In this document: positions 1 through 7,890 of the stretch, in pieces
How positions within the stretch are numbered: the stretch's first letter is position 1
Layout: the number at the start of each line of letters is the position of its first letter
Source of the DNA: an uncultured Burkholderiales bacterium
GTDB lineage: Bacteria; Pseudomonadota; Gammaproteobacteria; Burkholderiales; Burkholderiaceae_E
DNA: 64,000 nt
Reading direction: 5' to 3'
Assembly: GCA_937872345.1 (NCBI GenBank)
Contig: CALMSQ010000253.1
Coordinates: 5,672 to 69,671, forward strand
Notes under the pieces: model-generated
The model's database searches: none
What the model was told of the DNA's origin: nothing
The model's input: only the letters and a program-made list of their open reading frames with translations
Made by a program: the position numbers and the translations under genes

Positions 1-3
1 GCG

Positions 4-438
4 ATGCCAGTGCGCCTCGCCATAACGGAACCTGAAGCCCTCGAGGCCGCCATCGGCGTCGTCGAGGAGCAGCGGGTGAAGTTGCGACCATCGGTGACGG
101 TGGCGACGGCGGCGCACGATCTGTCCTGCGACGAGTCCACGGTGCGCGCGCTGCTGCGCGCCGGCGACCTCGAGGGCCACCGGATCGGCAAGGGACTGTG
201 CCGGAAGAAGAGCGGCAAGAAGGTCGAGCCCCGGGGCGTCAGGGTCTTCATCGACTCCATCGCGGCGTACCAGCGGCGCCACGCCACCGGCGACCCGGCG
301 TCGGCCGACGCCGGCGAGGACGATGATGCGCCACCAACGCCCGCGCCGCGGCGCCGGCGCGCCCTGACTGGTCCACAGGCCGAGGCGATCGCCTTCTTGC
401 AGAGGCGGGGCGTGATCCCGCAGGCTGGCCGGCGATGA
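4..438 (+). CDS. Excisionase / recombination directionality factor-like HTH protein
   Basis: MerR/HTH_17-like segment TVATAAHDLSCDESTVRALLRAGDLEGHRIG; ATGA overlap with the integrase. Confidence 0.7.
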   Translation: MPVRLAITEPEALEAAIGVVEEQRVKLRPSVTVATAAHDLSCDESTVRALLRAGDLEGHRIGKGLCRKKSGKKVEPRGVRVFIDSIAAYQRRHATGDPASADAGEDDDAPPTPAPRRRRALTGPQAEAIAFLQRRGVIPQAGRR

Positions 439-1769
439 GCGTGTCATGGAAGAAGAACACGTCGGGGCGCGGCGGTCGCTGGGTCTACGACTTCGTCGCC
501 TCGGGGAAGCGTTACCAGGGCAACTGCGTCGATCCCGATGACGACGCCGTGGCGGAGACGAAGCGCCAGGCCCGCGAGATCGAGGACAAGCTCCGGCAGC
601 GGGCCCGACAGGCGCGCCGCGCCGGCCACGACGTCATCGCGAAACCCGGCGATTTCCTCCTCGCCCAGGCGATCGCGCTCCATCTCCAGGCCCAGACCGA
701 TTCATCCGAGCTCCACGTCCTCAACCTCGAGCGCTACGCCGCCGAGATCCTCGGCTTCTTCGGCTTCGACACCATCGTCACCGCGATCACGCAGGAGAAG
801 GTCCTCGAGTACCGGACCTTCTGCTCCAGGCAGACCGTGAAGGTCTTCCGCGGCGGCCAGCGCAAGGGGATCGCCCGGGACCAGGTCCGATGGTGGAAGG
901 ACACCGGGAGGATCCGCTCGGCGAGCTCGGTGAATCACCACCTCAACTGCCTCCGCGGCTCCCTGCTGGCCGCGCACCGCGCCAAGGATCCCGACACCGG
1001 GAAGCCCTACCTGCCGTTCCCGCCCGAGGTGCCTGGGCTGAAGGTGCCGGCGCGGCTGCCGCGGCCGATGCCCGATGACGAGCTCGCCCGCCGCCAGGCC
1101 GTGGCGCCGGCGTGGACCCAGCAGACGGCCGAGCTGGTGCGGCTGTTCGGCCTGCGGAAGGAAGAGGCCCTCACGGTCACGACCAGGAATGTCAGGACCG
1201 AGATCAGGAACAAGAAGCCGTACAGCTACCTCGTCCTGCGCGGCGAGGACAACAAGGGCGGCGACGACGTCGCCATCCATGGCGGCACCAGGGGCTCCGC
1301 CTTTCTGCTCCTCCTCGTCAGGCAGGCGCGGGAGCGGGGCGTCGAGCACCTGATCTCTTGGCCCGGCCATCGCCTCGCCGTGATCGACGACGACACCCTG
1401 TGGCGGCCGCTGAAGACGGTGAAGCGCAGCTGGCGGACCACCGCGAAGACCGCCGGCATCGAGCATCCCCACCGCATGCACGACACCAGGGCGCGCTACA
1501 TCACCGAGATCGCCCGGCTCGGCAAGGACCGCCACACCCAGGGCGCCGCCCGCCACAAGGACTTCGCGACGACGCAGCTCTACATCTCGGCCGCCGAGAT
1601 GGAAGTCGCCGACGTCGTCGAGCTCGCCAGCCAGCAGCGCAAGGTCGCCGCGGCGGCGCCGGCGACGAAACGGGAACGGGGGACCGTCGTGCCCCTGAAC
1701 AAGAAGCGTACCGAGTCCCTTCCGCGAGTCCCTTCCAAAAAGAATAGGCGATCCCGAGAGATCGCCTAA
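435..1769 (+). CDS. int: Tyrosine integrase
   Basis: N-terminal arm-binding-like segment (GRWVYDFVASGKRYQG); catalytic set R (FGLRKEE), K, HxxR (HDTR), H (ARHKD), Y (TQLY); adjacent to tRNA fragment. Confidence 0.93.
   Translation: MSVSWKKNTSGRGGRWVYDFVASGKRYQGNCVDPDDDAVAETKRQAREIEDKLRQRARQARRAGHDVIAKPGDFLLAQAIALHLQAQTDSSELHVLNLERYAAEILGFFGFDTIVTAITQEKVLEYRTFCSRQTVKVFRGGQRKGIARDQVRWWKDTGRIRSASSVNHHLNCLRGSLLAAHRAKDPDTGKPYLPFPPEVPGLKVPARLPRPMPDDELARRQAVAPAWTQQTAELVRLFGLRKEEALTVTTRNVRTEIRNKKPYSYLVLRGEDNKGGDDVAIHGGTRGSAFLLLLVRQARERGVEHLISWPGHRLAVIDDDTLWRPLKTVKRSWRTTAKTAGIEHPHRMHDTRARYITEIARLGKDRHTQGAARHKDFATTQLYISAAEMEVADVVELASQQRKVAAAAPATKRERGTVVPLNKKRTESLPRVPSKKNRRSREIA
1737..1768 (-). terminator. 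Intrinsic terminator downstream of the tRNA fragment
   Basis: Stem TAGGCGATC/GATCGCCTA (1745-1768) followed on the minus strand by TTCTTTTT. Confidence 0.7.
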
Positions 1770-1783
1770 ACCCTTGCGGCATA

Positions 1784-1833
1784 TGGTCGGAGTAAGAGGA
1801 TTCGAACCTCCGGCCCCTAGCTCCCGAAGCTAG
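1784..1833 (-). other. attP core: 3' portion of tRNA-Pro(CGG), not a complete tRNA
   Basis: Minus strand reads CTAGC-TTCGGGA-GCTAG (anticodon arm, CGG), GGAGG-TTCGAAT-CCTCT (T arm), TACTCCGACCA; no 5' acceptor strand or D arm upstream. Confidence 0.9.
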
Positions 1834-1922
1834 GGCCTCAAAGCCAAGTCGTTGAAATCGTTGAATAGCGTATCGACGAAACAGCCCCCAGAATCCTCGA
1901 ATCGCCCCTGGAGTCCCTTCCG

Positions 1923-2282
1923 ATGTCCCTTCCGCCTCATGCCACTCAGAAGCCGCCGTCGGATTTCACCGATGTCGACATCGCGTTGCTCCAGCGCACG
2001 AAGGAATTGCGCGACGTGGCGGGTAGACTTTCACCCGGCGACCCCGCGCGCCGCGTTCCGACATCGTTTGCGTTCGGCACCGTCGCATGGCTGGACATGC
2101 TCGCGCACATCACCCCAAGCAAGGCACTACTCTTTATCAGGGCCGGGGAGACGGAGTCGTACCTTGGCTACCCCGCCAAGGAGGTCTGGTCGATGGAGTC
2201 ATCAGCGATCGACATCCTCGACCAGCACGGCAAGCAGATCGACCGTCTCGAGGGCGGCAAATGGGATCGGAGTCCTTCATGA
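1923..2282 (+). CDS. Hypothetical protein (att-proximal accessory gene)
   Basis: 119-aa ORF with ATGA overlap to the next gene. Confidence 0.55.
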   Translation: MSLPPHATQKPPSDFTDVDIALLQRTKELRDVAGRLSPGDPARRVPTSFAFGTVAWLDMLAHITPSKALLFIRAGETESYLGYPAKEVWSMESSAIDILDQHGKQIDRLEGGKWDRSPS

Positions 2283-2614
2283 CCACGATATGGATCAATG
2301 GCGCGGACATGGTGGATCCTAGGGATCCAGCGGGGCGATCGTACCGCGAGATCAATGCAGCGATGCCGCACGCCATCCAGCGTGGGGCCTTGGTGGAGAT
2401 GGAGTCCGGCGTCCGTCTCTTCGTCGTCCTGTGCGGCCGCGACTGCGACCAGACCCCATTGTATTGGCTGGCGCCTGACGCAGACGATGTCGTGCCGGAG
2501 CGGGAGGGATTTGCGAACCCGAAGTGGATCGGGGGCTATCCGGAGGAATCGCTGACGGTCATCTCGCCTGGGGAGGTGGCCGCCGCTGCTGGGGAACCGA
2601 GGCAGAAGCGATGA
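2279..2614 (+). CDS. Hypothetical protein
   Basis: MTTIWINGAD...RDCDQTPLYWL; GGAG RBS; coupled at both ends. Confidence 0.65.
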   Translation: MTTIWINGADMVDPRDPAGRSYREINAAMPHAIQRGALVEMESGVRLFVVLCGRDCDQTPLYWLAPDADDVVPEREGFANPKWIGGYPEESLTVISPGEVAAAAGEPRQKR

Positions 2615-3030
2615 GCGCCAGAGATGTGATTGCGAAGACACTCGACGAGTCGTCGCCGCACGGCCTGGTTGATGGAGGCGAAGGAGAGGCCGATAACATC
2701 ATCGCCGCCTTGGCGGCAGCCGGCTATGCCATCGATCGCCGGGACCACCCCTCGACCGGCAAGGCCGAGCCGCCGCTTCAGATCGAGGCCGCCACGCCGG
2801 TGGCGTCGAGGGACGAAGGTCCGGCACGCAATACGAGCTGGCGACCGCCGTGGGAGAAAGCGGCGCGCACCGTCGCGTTCCCGATCCACCTGATGCACGG
2901 CGACACGGTGACGGTCGGCGACCGCTACTTTGTCGCTCAACGCAGCCTGACTCTCGTTGCAGACGAGGGTGAGCGAGGCGGCCTGACCGTCGAGGAAGCC
3001 CAGGATCTCGGCTGGCTGAAGCAGCACTGA
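2611..3030 (+). CDS. Hypothetical protein
   Basis: MSARDVIAKTL...; ATGA overlap; ends at the terminator hairpin. Confidence 0.6.
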   Translation: MSARDVIAKTLDESSPHGLVDGGEGEADNIIAALAAAGYAIDRRDHPSTGKAEPPLQIEAATPVASRDEGPARNTSWRPPWEKAARTVAFPIHLMHGDTVTVGDRYFVAQRSLTLVADEGERGGLTVEEAQDLGWLKQH

Positions 3031-3068
3031 AACGCAAAAAGGCCGCCGCCCCGTGTGGGGCGGCGGCC
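3031..3068 (-). terminator. Intrinsic terminator ending the late transcript (possibly bidirectional)
   Basis: Perfect 12-bp stem GGCCGCCGCCCC/GGGGCGGCGGCC (3041-3068) with a T-tract on the minus strand, between convergent genes. Confidence 0.8.
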
Positions 3069-3176
3069 GCTCGAGCATAGGATCGGTATATTTTCCGCAC
3101 GATTCGGCGAATTAATTAAAAGCCGATTTCTTGCGTCGGCGACCATTTCGTTGGCGTCACCGATATGGTCGCCCCC

Positions 3177-3482
3177 CTACCTTCCCTCCCCGGGGGAAGG
3201 TGGTTTGGTCACCAATCCCTTCACCTCCCCCAGCTTGGCCCGGCAGTCGGCGCCGGCGGCGCGCAGCACCACGATGTAGCGGGCGACATCGCGCTGGGTC
3301 AGGCCTGGCTTGTCGGCCGGGTCGGCGGGCTCGTCAGCGCAGGTCAGGAGATTCGCCGGGACGCCGGGCTGGACGATGCGGAGATCGGGCAGCGCGCCCG
3401 GCTTGTCGTCACCGCACGCCGCGAGAGCGCAGAGCGTCACGCAGCACAGGGGCAACAGGCGCGTCGGCCGATGGCGGCGCAT
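3177..3482 (-). CDS. Outer-membrane spanin (Rz1-like lipoprotein)
   Basis: Lipobox LAAC after a hydrophobic signal; Pro-rich with further Cys; overlaps the 3' end of the i-spanin. Confidence 0.8.
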   Translation of the reverse strand: MRRHRPTRLLPLCCVTLCALAACGDDKPGALPDLRIVQPGVPANLLTCADEPADPADKPGLTQRDVARYIVVLRAAGADCRAKLGEVKGLVTKPPSPGEGR

Positions 3483-3759
3483 TGTCGATCTCCGAGAGTC
3501 GGGTGGCGGTGACTTTCTTCGCGTCGCGCTCCCGGGCGACCTCGCGCGCCGTTGCCTCATCGGCCTTGGCCGCGAGCAGCTCGAGCCGCTCGACGATGGC
3601 GGCGTTGTTCCTGGCGATCGCCTTCGCGACGTCGGCTTCGTACTTGGCCTGGGCGGCACGCGCATCTGACGCGTCGCTGCGGAAGTAGAGCGCGGCCAGC
3701 ACGGCGGCGACGGCGAGGGCCCACGGGGCGAAGCGGAGGATGGTGGCGACAGGGGGCAT
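3409..3759 (-). CDS. Inner-membrane spanin (Rz-like)
   Basis: N-terminal TM helix followed by coiled coil; position in the lysis cassette. Confidence 0.8.
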   Translation of the reverse strand: MPPVATILRFAPWALAVAAVLAALYFRSDASDARAAQAKYEADVAKAIARNNAAIVERLELLAAKADEATAREVARERDAKKVTATRLSEIDNAPPSADAPVAPVLRDALRSRGVR

Positions 3760-3839
3760 CAGGGAAGCCTCGCGAGAATGGCGCCGGTCGCGATCGCGGC
3801 GAGGATGAAGGCGATCGAGACGGCGATCACAGCAGCCAT
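3759..3839 (-). CDS. Small hydrophobic membrane peptide
   Basis: MAAVIAVSIAFILAAIATGAILARLP; TGATG coupled to the i-spanin. Confidence 0.4.
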   Translation of the reverse strand: MAAVIAVSIAFILAAIATGAILARLP

Positions 3840-3946
3840 CGGATCAGCAGGGTACCCGCCACGCCGAACGCGACACCGATGCCGAAGATCACGACGACGA
3901 CGGTGATCAGAGTCCCGTCGCCAGGAACCATGCTGCGTCCGTCCAT
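3827..3946 (-). CDS. Small single-TM membrane protein
   Basis: LITVVVVIFGIGVAFGVAGTLLIRWLL; tight gene packing. Confidence 0.45.
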   Translation of the reverse strand: MDGRSMVPGDGTLITVVVVIFGIGVAFGVAGTLLIRWLL

Positions 3947-3948
3947 CT

Positions 3949-4284
3949 TCAGCACTCCTCGAAGACGCCGGCGCGCAGATAGCCGTGCCAGCAATCCCTG
4001 CAATTGATCGATGGCTCGAGGGTCGGCGCGTCGAGGTTGCCGTCCCACTTCCAGGTCGGGCACCCCATGTTGGGCATCTGTCCCCTGCCGACGATGATCT
4101 CGCCGCAGGGGTTGCCGGTCTTGGGGCAGCGGTAAGCGAGGCGGCCGACCCCGTCGTCACAGGGTGTGTCTGTCGGATCCCGGCCCAGCGTCTGGAACTG
4201 GAAGTCGCCGGGGCTGGCATCGTCGGCGAACAGCACGTCGCCTTCCGCTACCGGCCACCGGCGGCCCTTCACGCGGGAGCTCAT
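3949..4284 (-). CDS. Cys/His-rich protein, DUF6527-like
   Basis: YRCP..C and WKWDGNLDAPTLEPSINC..CWHGYLRAG motifs. Confidence 0.65.
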   Translation of the reverse strand: MSSRVKGRRWPVAEGDVLFADDASPGDFQFQTLGRDPTDTPCDDGVGRLAYRCPKTGNPCGEIIVGRGQMPNMGCPTWKWDGNLDAPTLEPSINCRDCWHGYLRAGVFEEC

Positions 4285-4505
4285 GCTTCCGGCATGCCTT
4301 CCAGCATGTGCCGCACCATCGCCTCGGCCTGGTTGTAGTGGAACAGATTGGTGCCGGTCGGGTCATGCTTCATGGGGCCGGTGGGCAGATGATCGTTGAA
4401 GGTCGGCTTGAAGCTGATGCCGCCGTCGGGGTTGAAATCGTCCGGCAGTCGCCAGCCGAGGAAGCGGTCGACGAGATGCCTGATCTGGGCTTCGGTGAGT
4501 TTCAT
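4281..4505 (-). CDS. Phage hypothetical protein
   Basis: VDRFLGWRLPDDFNPDGGISF...GTNLF; GGAGG RBS; coupled stop/start. Confidence 0.75.
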   Translation of the reverse strand: MKLTEAQIRHLVDRFLGWRLPDDFNPDGGISFKPTFNDHLPTGPMKHDPTGTNLFHYNQAEAMVRHMLEGMPEA

Positions 4506-4564
4506 GCGCTGCCTCCGGCTTTACAGACCGCGTTGATTGCTTGACGCCTCGGCCGAACCGCTTG

Positions 4565-5686
4565 TCAGGCCGCCAGCTTCAGCAGCTCAGCCGTCGGCCG
4601 GTCGACGTAGCCGGTCGGGCGCTTGCCGGCGCGCTCCTGCAGGGTGCGCAGGCCGGCTTCGGTGCGGCCGCCGAAATCGCCGTCGTCGCGCGTCGGGCCG
4701 AGGTCGAACCCGGCCTCGAGCAGCTTGCCCTGGACGACCTTGACCGCCGCGGCGTTCCTGGCGCCGGCGCGCAGCCCGAGGAACTGGTGGCGCAGCGCCT
4801 CGAGCATGTCGGGATCGACGAGGCCGTCGCTGCGCAGGTCGACGGCGATCTCGAAGCCCTTGATCGCGGCGGTGGTGCCGGGGCCGACCATGCCGTCGAT
4901 GCCCCTGGTGTCGTAGCCCTTGCCGACCAGCCGGGTCTGCAAGTCGATGACGTCGGCCTTCAACTGGCCGGTCGGCAGCGGCTCCGGGAATCCCCGCTCG
5001 CTGATCTCGTCGTTGGCCATGACAGCCTTGGTCACCGCCCAATAGCCGAGGTGGTGCGAGAAGTCGGACAGGCCGGCGTTCATGCGGCGCATCGCGTAGA
5101 GGAAGCCGGACTCGCTGCCGTCGTCGACCGCCTCGTTGAGACCATGCTTGCGCCAGAAGTGGCAGGAGATCTGGGCGCCGACCTCGGGCAGCAGCAGGCT
5201 CTCCGGGTTCTCGACCAGCGGCAGGCCGACCTCCTTCTCCATCCAGGTATAGTTGCCGCGGCCGGTGAGCTGGTTCGGCCCCAGCCCGCGGAAACGGTAG
5301 CCGTCGCCGGGATGGATGTTGCCGAGCCGGTATCCGGGGCCGCGGTTTGCGTCGGCGTAGACGTGATTGAAGAAGGCCTCGTCGAAGCCCTGCCGCCCCA
5401 GCCGGCGCCAGGATTCGACGAGCTCGGCGGTGAGCCCGATGACGCCGGCGAATATCTGCCTGATCCGAGCCCATGGCGTGTTGAAGTAGGTCGCCTCCTC
5501 GAAGACGGTGAAGCCGCCGCTTTCGTTCAAGCACGACGCCATGATGGCGGCCTGGCGCGGGTCGGTGATGATCGCCGATCGCGTGAAGTTCTCGGTCAGC
5601 GGCGGGGGCCACTTGAAGATCACCGCCAGTTCGGCGCGGGGCGCCATGCGCGAGAACTGCGCGCGCGTCATCAGCTGGGACATCAC
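4565..5686 (-). CDS. Endolysin: GH19 chitinase-like/lysozyme domain plus two peptidoglycan-binding repeats
   Basis: NESGGF and GDGYRFRGLGPNQLTGRGNY GH19 motifs; C-terminal DGMVGPGTTAAIKGF and DGDFGGRTEAGLRTLQ PG_binding_1-like repeats. Confidence 0.9.
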   Translation of the reverse strand: MMSQLMTRAQFSRMAPRAELAVIFKWPPPLTENFTRSAIITDPRQAAIMASCLNESGGFTVFEEATYFNTPWARIRQIFAGVIGLTAELVESWRRLGRQGFDEAFFNHVYADANRGPGYRLGNIHPGDGYRFRGLGPNQLTGRGNYTWMEKEVGLPLVENPESLLLPEVGAQISCHFWRKHGLNEAVDDGSESGFLYAMRRMNAGLSDFSHHLGYWAVTKAVMANDEISERGFPEPLPTGQLKADVIDLQTRLVGKGYDTRGIDGMVGPGTTAAIKGFEIAVDLRSDGLVDPDMLEALRHQFLGLRAGARNAAAVKVVQGKLLEAGFDLGPTRDDGDFGGRTEAGLRTLQERAGKRPTGYVDRPTAELLKLAA

Positions 5687-5696
5687 GAGCTCCGGA

Positions 5697-5725
5697 AATG
5701 AAAGCGGCGCCCGTTGGGGCGCCGT
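5697..5725 (-). terminator. Intrinsic terminator immediately upstream of the endolysin
   Basis: Stem CGGCGCCC/GGGCGCCG followed by CTTTCATTT on the minus strand. Confidence 0.55.
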
Positions 5726-5893
5726 GTGGCAGGGGGAATGGCCGTGTGGTAGAGGGAGGCGTCCGCCCGCGCGTTATCGCTTCATGCGTTGGCCGCCGCC
5801 CCGTCAGAGGGCTGGACTTCAGAAAGCGGGCCTAAGCCGGGAGCACGTCACTTTGTGCGTCTGGACTACGGTCCAGCCCGGCGGTCCCGCGCC

Positions 5894-6274
5894 TCAGTGC
5901 ATAGTCCCGCCAGGCACGAAGCACAGCACGACGCCGTTCATCTCGCAGAGGTGCGAGCGATTGTCCGGCGACCGGATCGCCAGCACGCGGTCCGGCGGAA
6001 TGTCGAGCCACTTCGCCCCGTCCCACGCCTGCCACGTCTCGCGGTCCGTCATCCGGGCGCGCGTCGGCCGGCAGTCCCGGTTGTCGCAGCATGAGGCGCC
6101 GTCGGGCTGCCTGAGATCCTTGTACCAGTCGTGGTGCTGGGCGTGGCCGTGGCCATGATGGCCGCTCTGCGCCCGCGCCTCGCGCGCCAGCCAGCCGACC
6201 ACCACCGCGATCGTCACCCCGGCGACCACGCATTGCAGAGTCCACCAGGCGGCGGTGACGACGACGCGGATCAT
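5894..6274 (-). CDS. Membrane-anchored or secreted Cys-rich small protein
   Basis: N-terminal hydrophobic segment; HDWY...SCCDNRDCRP...LCFVPG. Confidence 0.75.
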   Translation of the reverse strand: MIRVVVTAAWWTLQCVVAGVTIAVVVGWLAREARAQSGHHGHGHAQHHDWYKDLRQPDGASCCDNRDCRPTRARMTDRETWQAWDGAKWLDIPPDRVLAIRSPDNRSHLCEMNGVVLCFVPGGTMH

Positions 6275-6564
6275 GGCGAGCCCTTCGTCCAGAAATCGAA
6301 CATCCCGTCGGCACCGTCGATCACCAGCCGGCGCCAGTAGACGACGGTGATGCCGATCACCAGCAGCGCGTCCGCCTCGTCGATCCAGCGCGGCGTGCTG
6401 AACGCGATGCAGGCCTTCCAGAACAGCGCTATGGCGATGAAGATCACGAACAGCCGGATGGTGCGGCTCGCGGTCCGGTACACCGAGGTCAGCACGGCGA
6501 GCGAGCCGACGACGCCGAGCAACGCGATCATGCCGACCGCGATGCCGAACACCGCGCCCCTCAT
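6271..6564 (-). CDS. Three-TM membrane protein (holin partner)
   Basis: Three hydrophobic segments; ATGA coupling on both sides. Confidence 0.7.
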   Translation of the reverse strand: MRGAVFGIAVGMIALLGVVGSLAVLTSVYRTASRTIRLFVIFIAIALFWKACIAFSTPRWIDEADALLVIGITVVYWRRLVIDGADGMFDFWTKGSP

Positions 6565-6905
6565 CTGGATCCCCCCCGGAACTTCGACAGGATGTCGGCG
6601 ATGGATGCCGCGGCGTTGCCGGGGTTCTCGCGCCACGCCTTGGCGATCACCATGACGCCGGCAAGGAACGACATCGACAGCAGGCCGGTGCCAAAGGTCG
6701 TCAGGTTGATCCAGGCGTCCTGATGCACGCCGACCCAGTCGACGATGGCCGGCGCGACGAACACCACCGCGGCAGCGCCGCCGGCGACATTGACGAACAT
6801 CTGCCAGCGCGTCTGGTCCTTCAGGAACGCCAGCGAGACCACCGCCCCGGCGAAGCCGGCCACGAGCTTCGCGTAGGGCGCGGCGAGGATCGAATCGTCG
6901 GCCAT
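6561..6905 (-). CDS. Holin
   Basis: Three TM segments (AGFAGAVVSLAFL; GGAAAVVFVAP; FGTGLLSM); first gene of the lysis cassette; GAGGTGAG RBS. Confidence 0.75.
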   Translation of the reverse strand: MADDSILAAPYAKLVAGFAGAVVSLAFLKDQTRWQMFVNVAGGAAAVVFVAPAIVDWVGVHQDAWINLTTFGTGLLSMSFLAGVMVIAKAWRENPGNAAASIADILSKFRGGSR

Positions 6906-6942
6906 GCTCACCTCACCTCGTTCTTGTCAATCTGTGCGCGCA

Positions 6943-7854
6943 TCACAGCACCTGTACGCAGTCGAATGCGTGCGCGCGGGAAGCCTGGTAACCGCTCTGC
7001 CCGTTGCCCTCCCACCAGTTCGGCGGGCCGACGTCGCTGTACCCCCACGCGCCCGAGAGGGTGGTGATGATCATCAGCGGCTGGCCGGGCTCAGTATTGA
7101 ACTCAGCTTCGCGCCAGTGCCCGGCCCATGGCGGCATCACGATGCTCTGCTGTCCATCCAGCAGAAGCGGGACAGGCGGAGCGAGCGTGGCCGGCGACCC
7201 AGGCGCGGCCTGAACACCAACGTATTGGCTGATCATGCCGGCGCCGTGCTTATGGGCGCTGTTGTGGACGCGCACCTTGGTGCCGCCGGGCGAGACGCCC
7301 ACAAGGCTGTGGAAGGTGTGGGTCGGCTGGGGCTCCGCGCCCGTCGATTCCACGATATCCTGAAGGAATACATTTGCCGGATCGAGCGGCCAGTCGCCTT
7401 CTGCCTCGACATAGAAGGTGAGGTAAAGCGCGATGATCGTGTCGAAGTTGCCGTAGATGTTGGGCGCGACGATGATGCGGTCGAGCCCGCGCCGGTAGCA
7501 GATCGGCGGGCTGTGGTCCTGGATCAGCAGTTTCGGCACGCCCGGATATGTCTGCAAACTGCCGAGAAGTTTGGGATGCCGCGGCTGGATGCGTTCGGTC
7601 TCCGGGAACTTCGCCGGGGCGAGGTAGCGCCGCTGCGGGTCCACCGCCACGTCGATCTTGCCGGCGCAGTTGACCGGATAGTGGCCCGCACCCTCGTTGC
7701 TGATCACCAGCCGGACGATGCGGACCACAGGGGGAAGCGGGCCGTAGCCTACGAGCAGATCCTCGAGCTTCAGGACGCACTTCTCGGCCTCGCCCGCCGC
7801 CAGGGTCGCGGGAAAGACGACGGGAGCGGAGAAGATCGGGATCTGCTCGACCAT
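6943..7854 (-). CDS. Hypothetical beta-rich protein (tail fibre-associated?)
   Basis: 303-aa ORF with GGAG RBS between the tail fibre/SGNH genes and the holin. Confidence 0.65.
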   Translation of the reverse strand: MVEQIPIFSAPVVFPATLAAGEAEKCVLKLEDLLVGYGPLPPVVRIVRLVISNEGAGHYPVNCAGKIDVAVDPQRRYLAPAKFPETERIQPRHPKLLGSLQTYPGVPKLLIQDHSPPICYRRGLDRIIVAPNIYGNFDTIIALYLTFYVEAEGDWPLDPANVFLQDIVESTGAEPQPTHTFHSLVGVSPGGTKVRVHNSAHKHGAGMISQYVGVQAAPGSPATLAPPVPLLLDGQQSIVMPPWAGHWREAEFNTEPGQPLMIITTLSGAWGYSDVGPPNWWEGNGQSGYQASRAHAFDCVQVL

Positions 7855-7890
7855 GTGTGGACTCCGTCGAGGTTGTGCTACCGTCGGGCG

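Larger units (their letters stand above)
1713..1933. repeat. Integrase arm-type sites: four GTCCCTTCC copies in two tandem pairs flanking the attP core
   Basis: GAGTCCCTTCC at 1713, 1726 and 1911; TGTCCCTTCC at 1924; about 12-13 bp period within each pair. Confidence 0.75.

Noticed and set aside
1784-1860. Complete tRNA-Pro gene
   Set aside because: The 5' acceptor strand and D arm are absent; only the anticodon arm to CCA is present, so it is an att core
1713-1933. Repressor operators at attP (shared GTCCCT with the immunity operator)
   Set aside because: The att repeats are direct GTCCCTTCC units lacking the palindromic AGGGACA half; arm-type sites explain them better
3112-3121. CtrA box in the AT-rich patch AATTAATTAAA
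   Set aside because: Lacks the TTAA-N7-TTAA spacing
6905-6911. Holin/antiholin dual-start motif
   Set aside because: The upstream start is a GTG within the RBS and the spacer residue is Ser rather than Lys/Arg; weak support
6904-7890. N-terminal 329 aa of the 618-aa + strand ORF
   Set aside because: Shadow of the minus-strand 6943..7854 gene; the SGNH protein plausibly starts at ATG 7891 with a TM anchor
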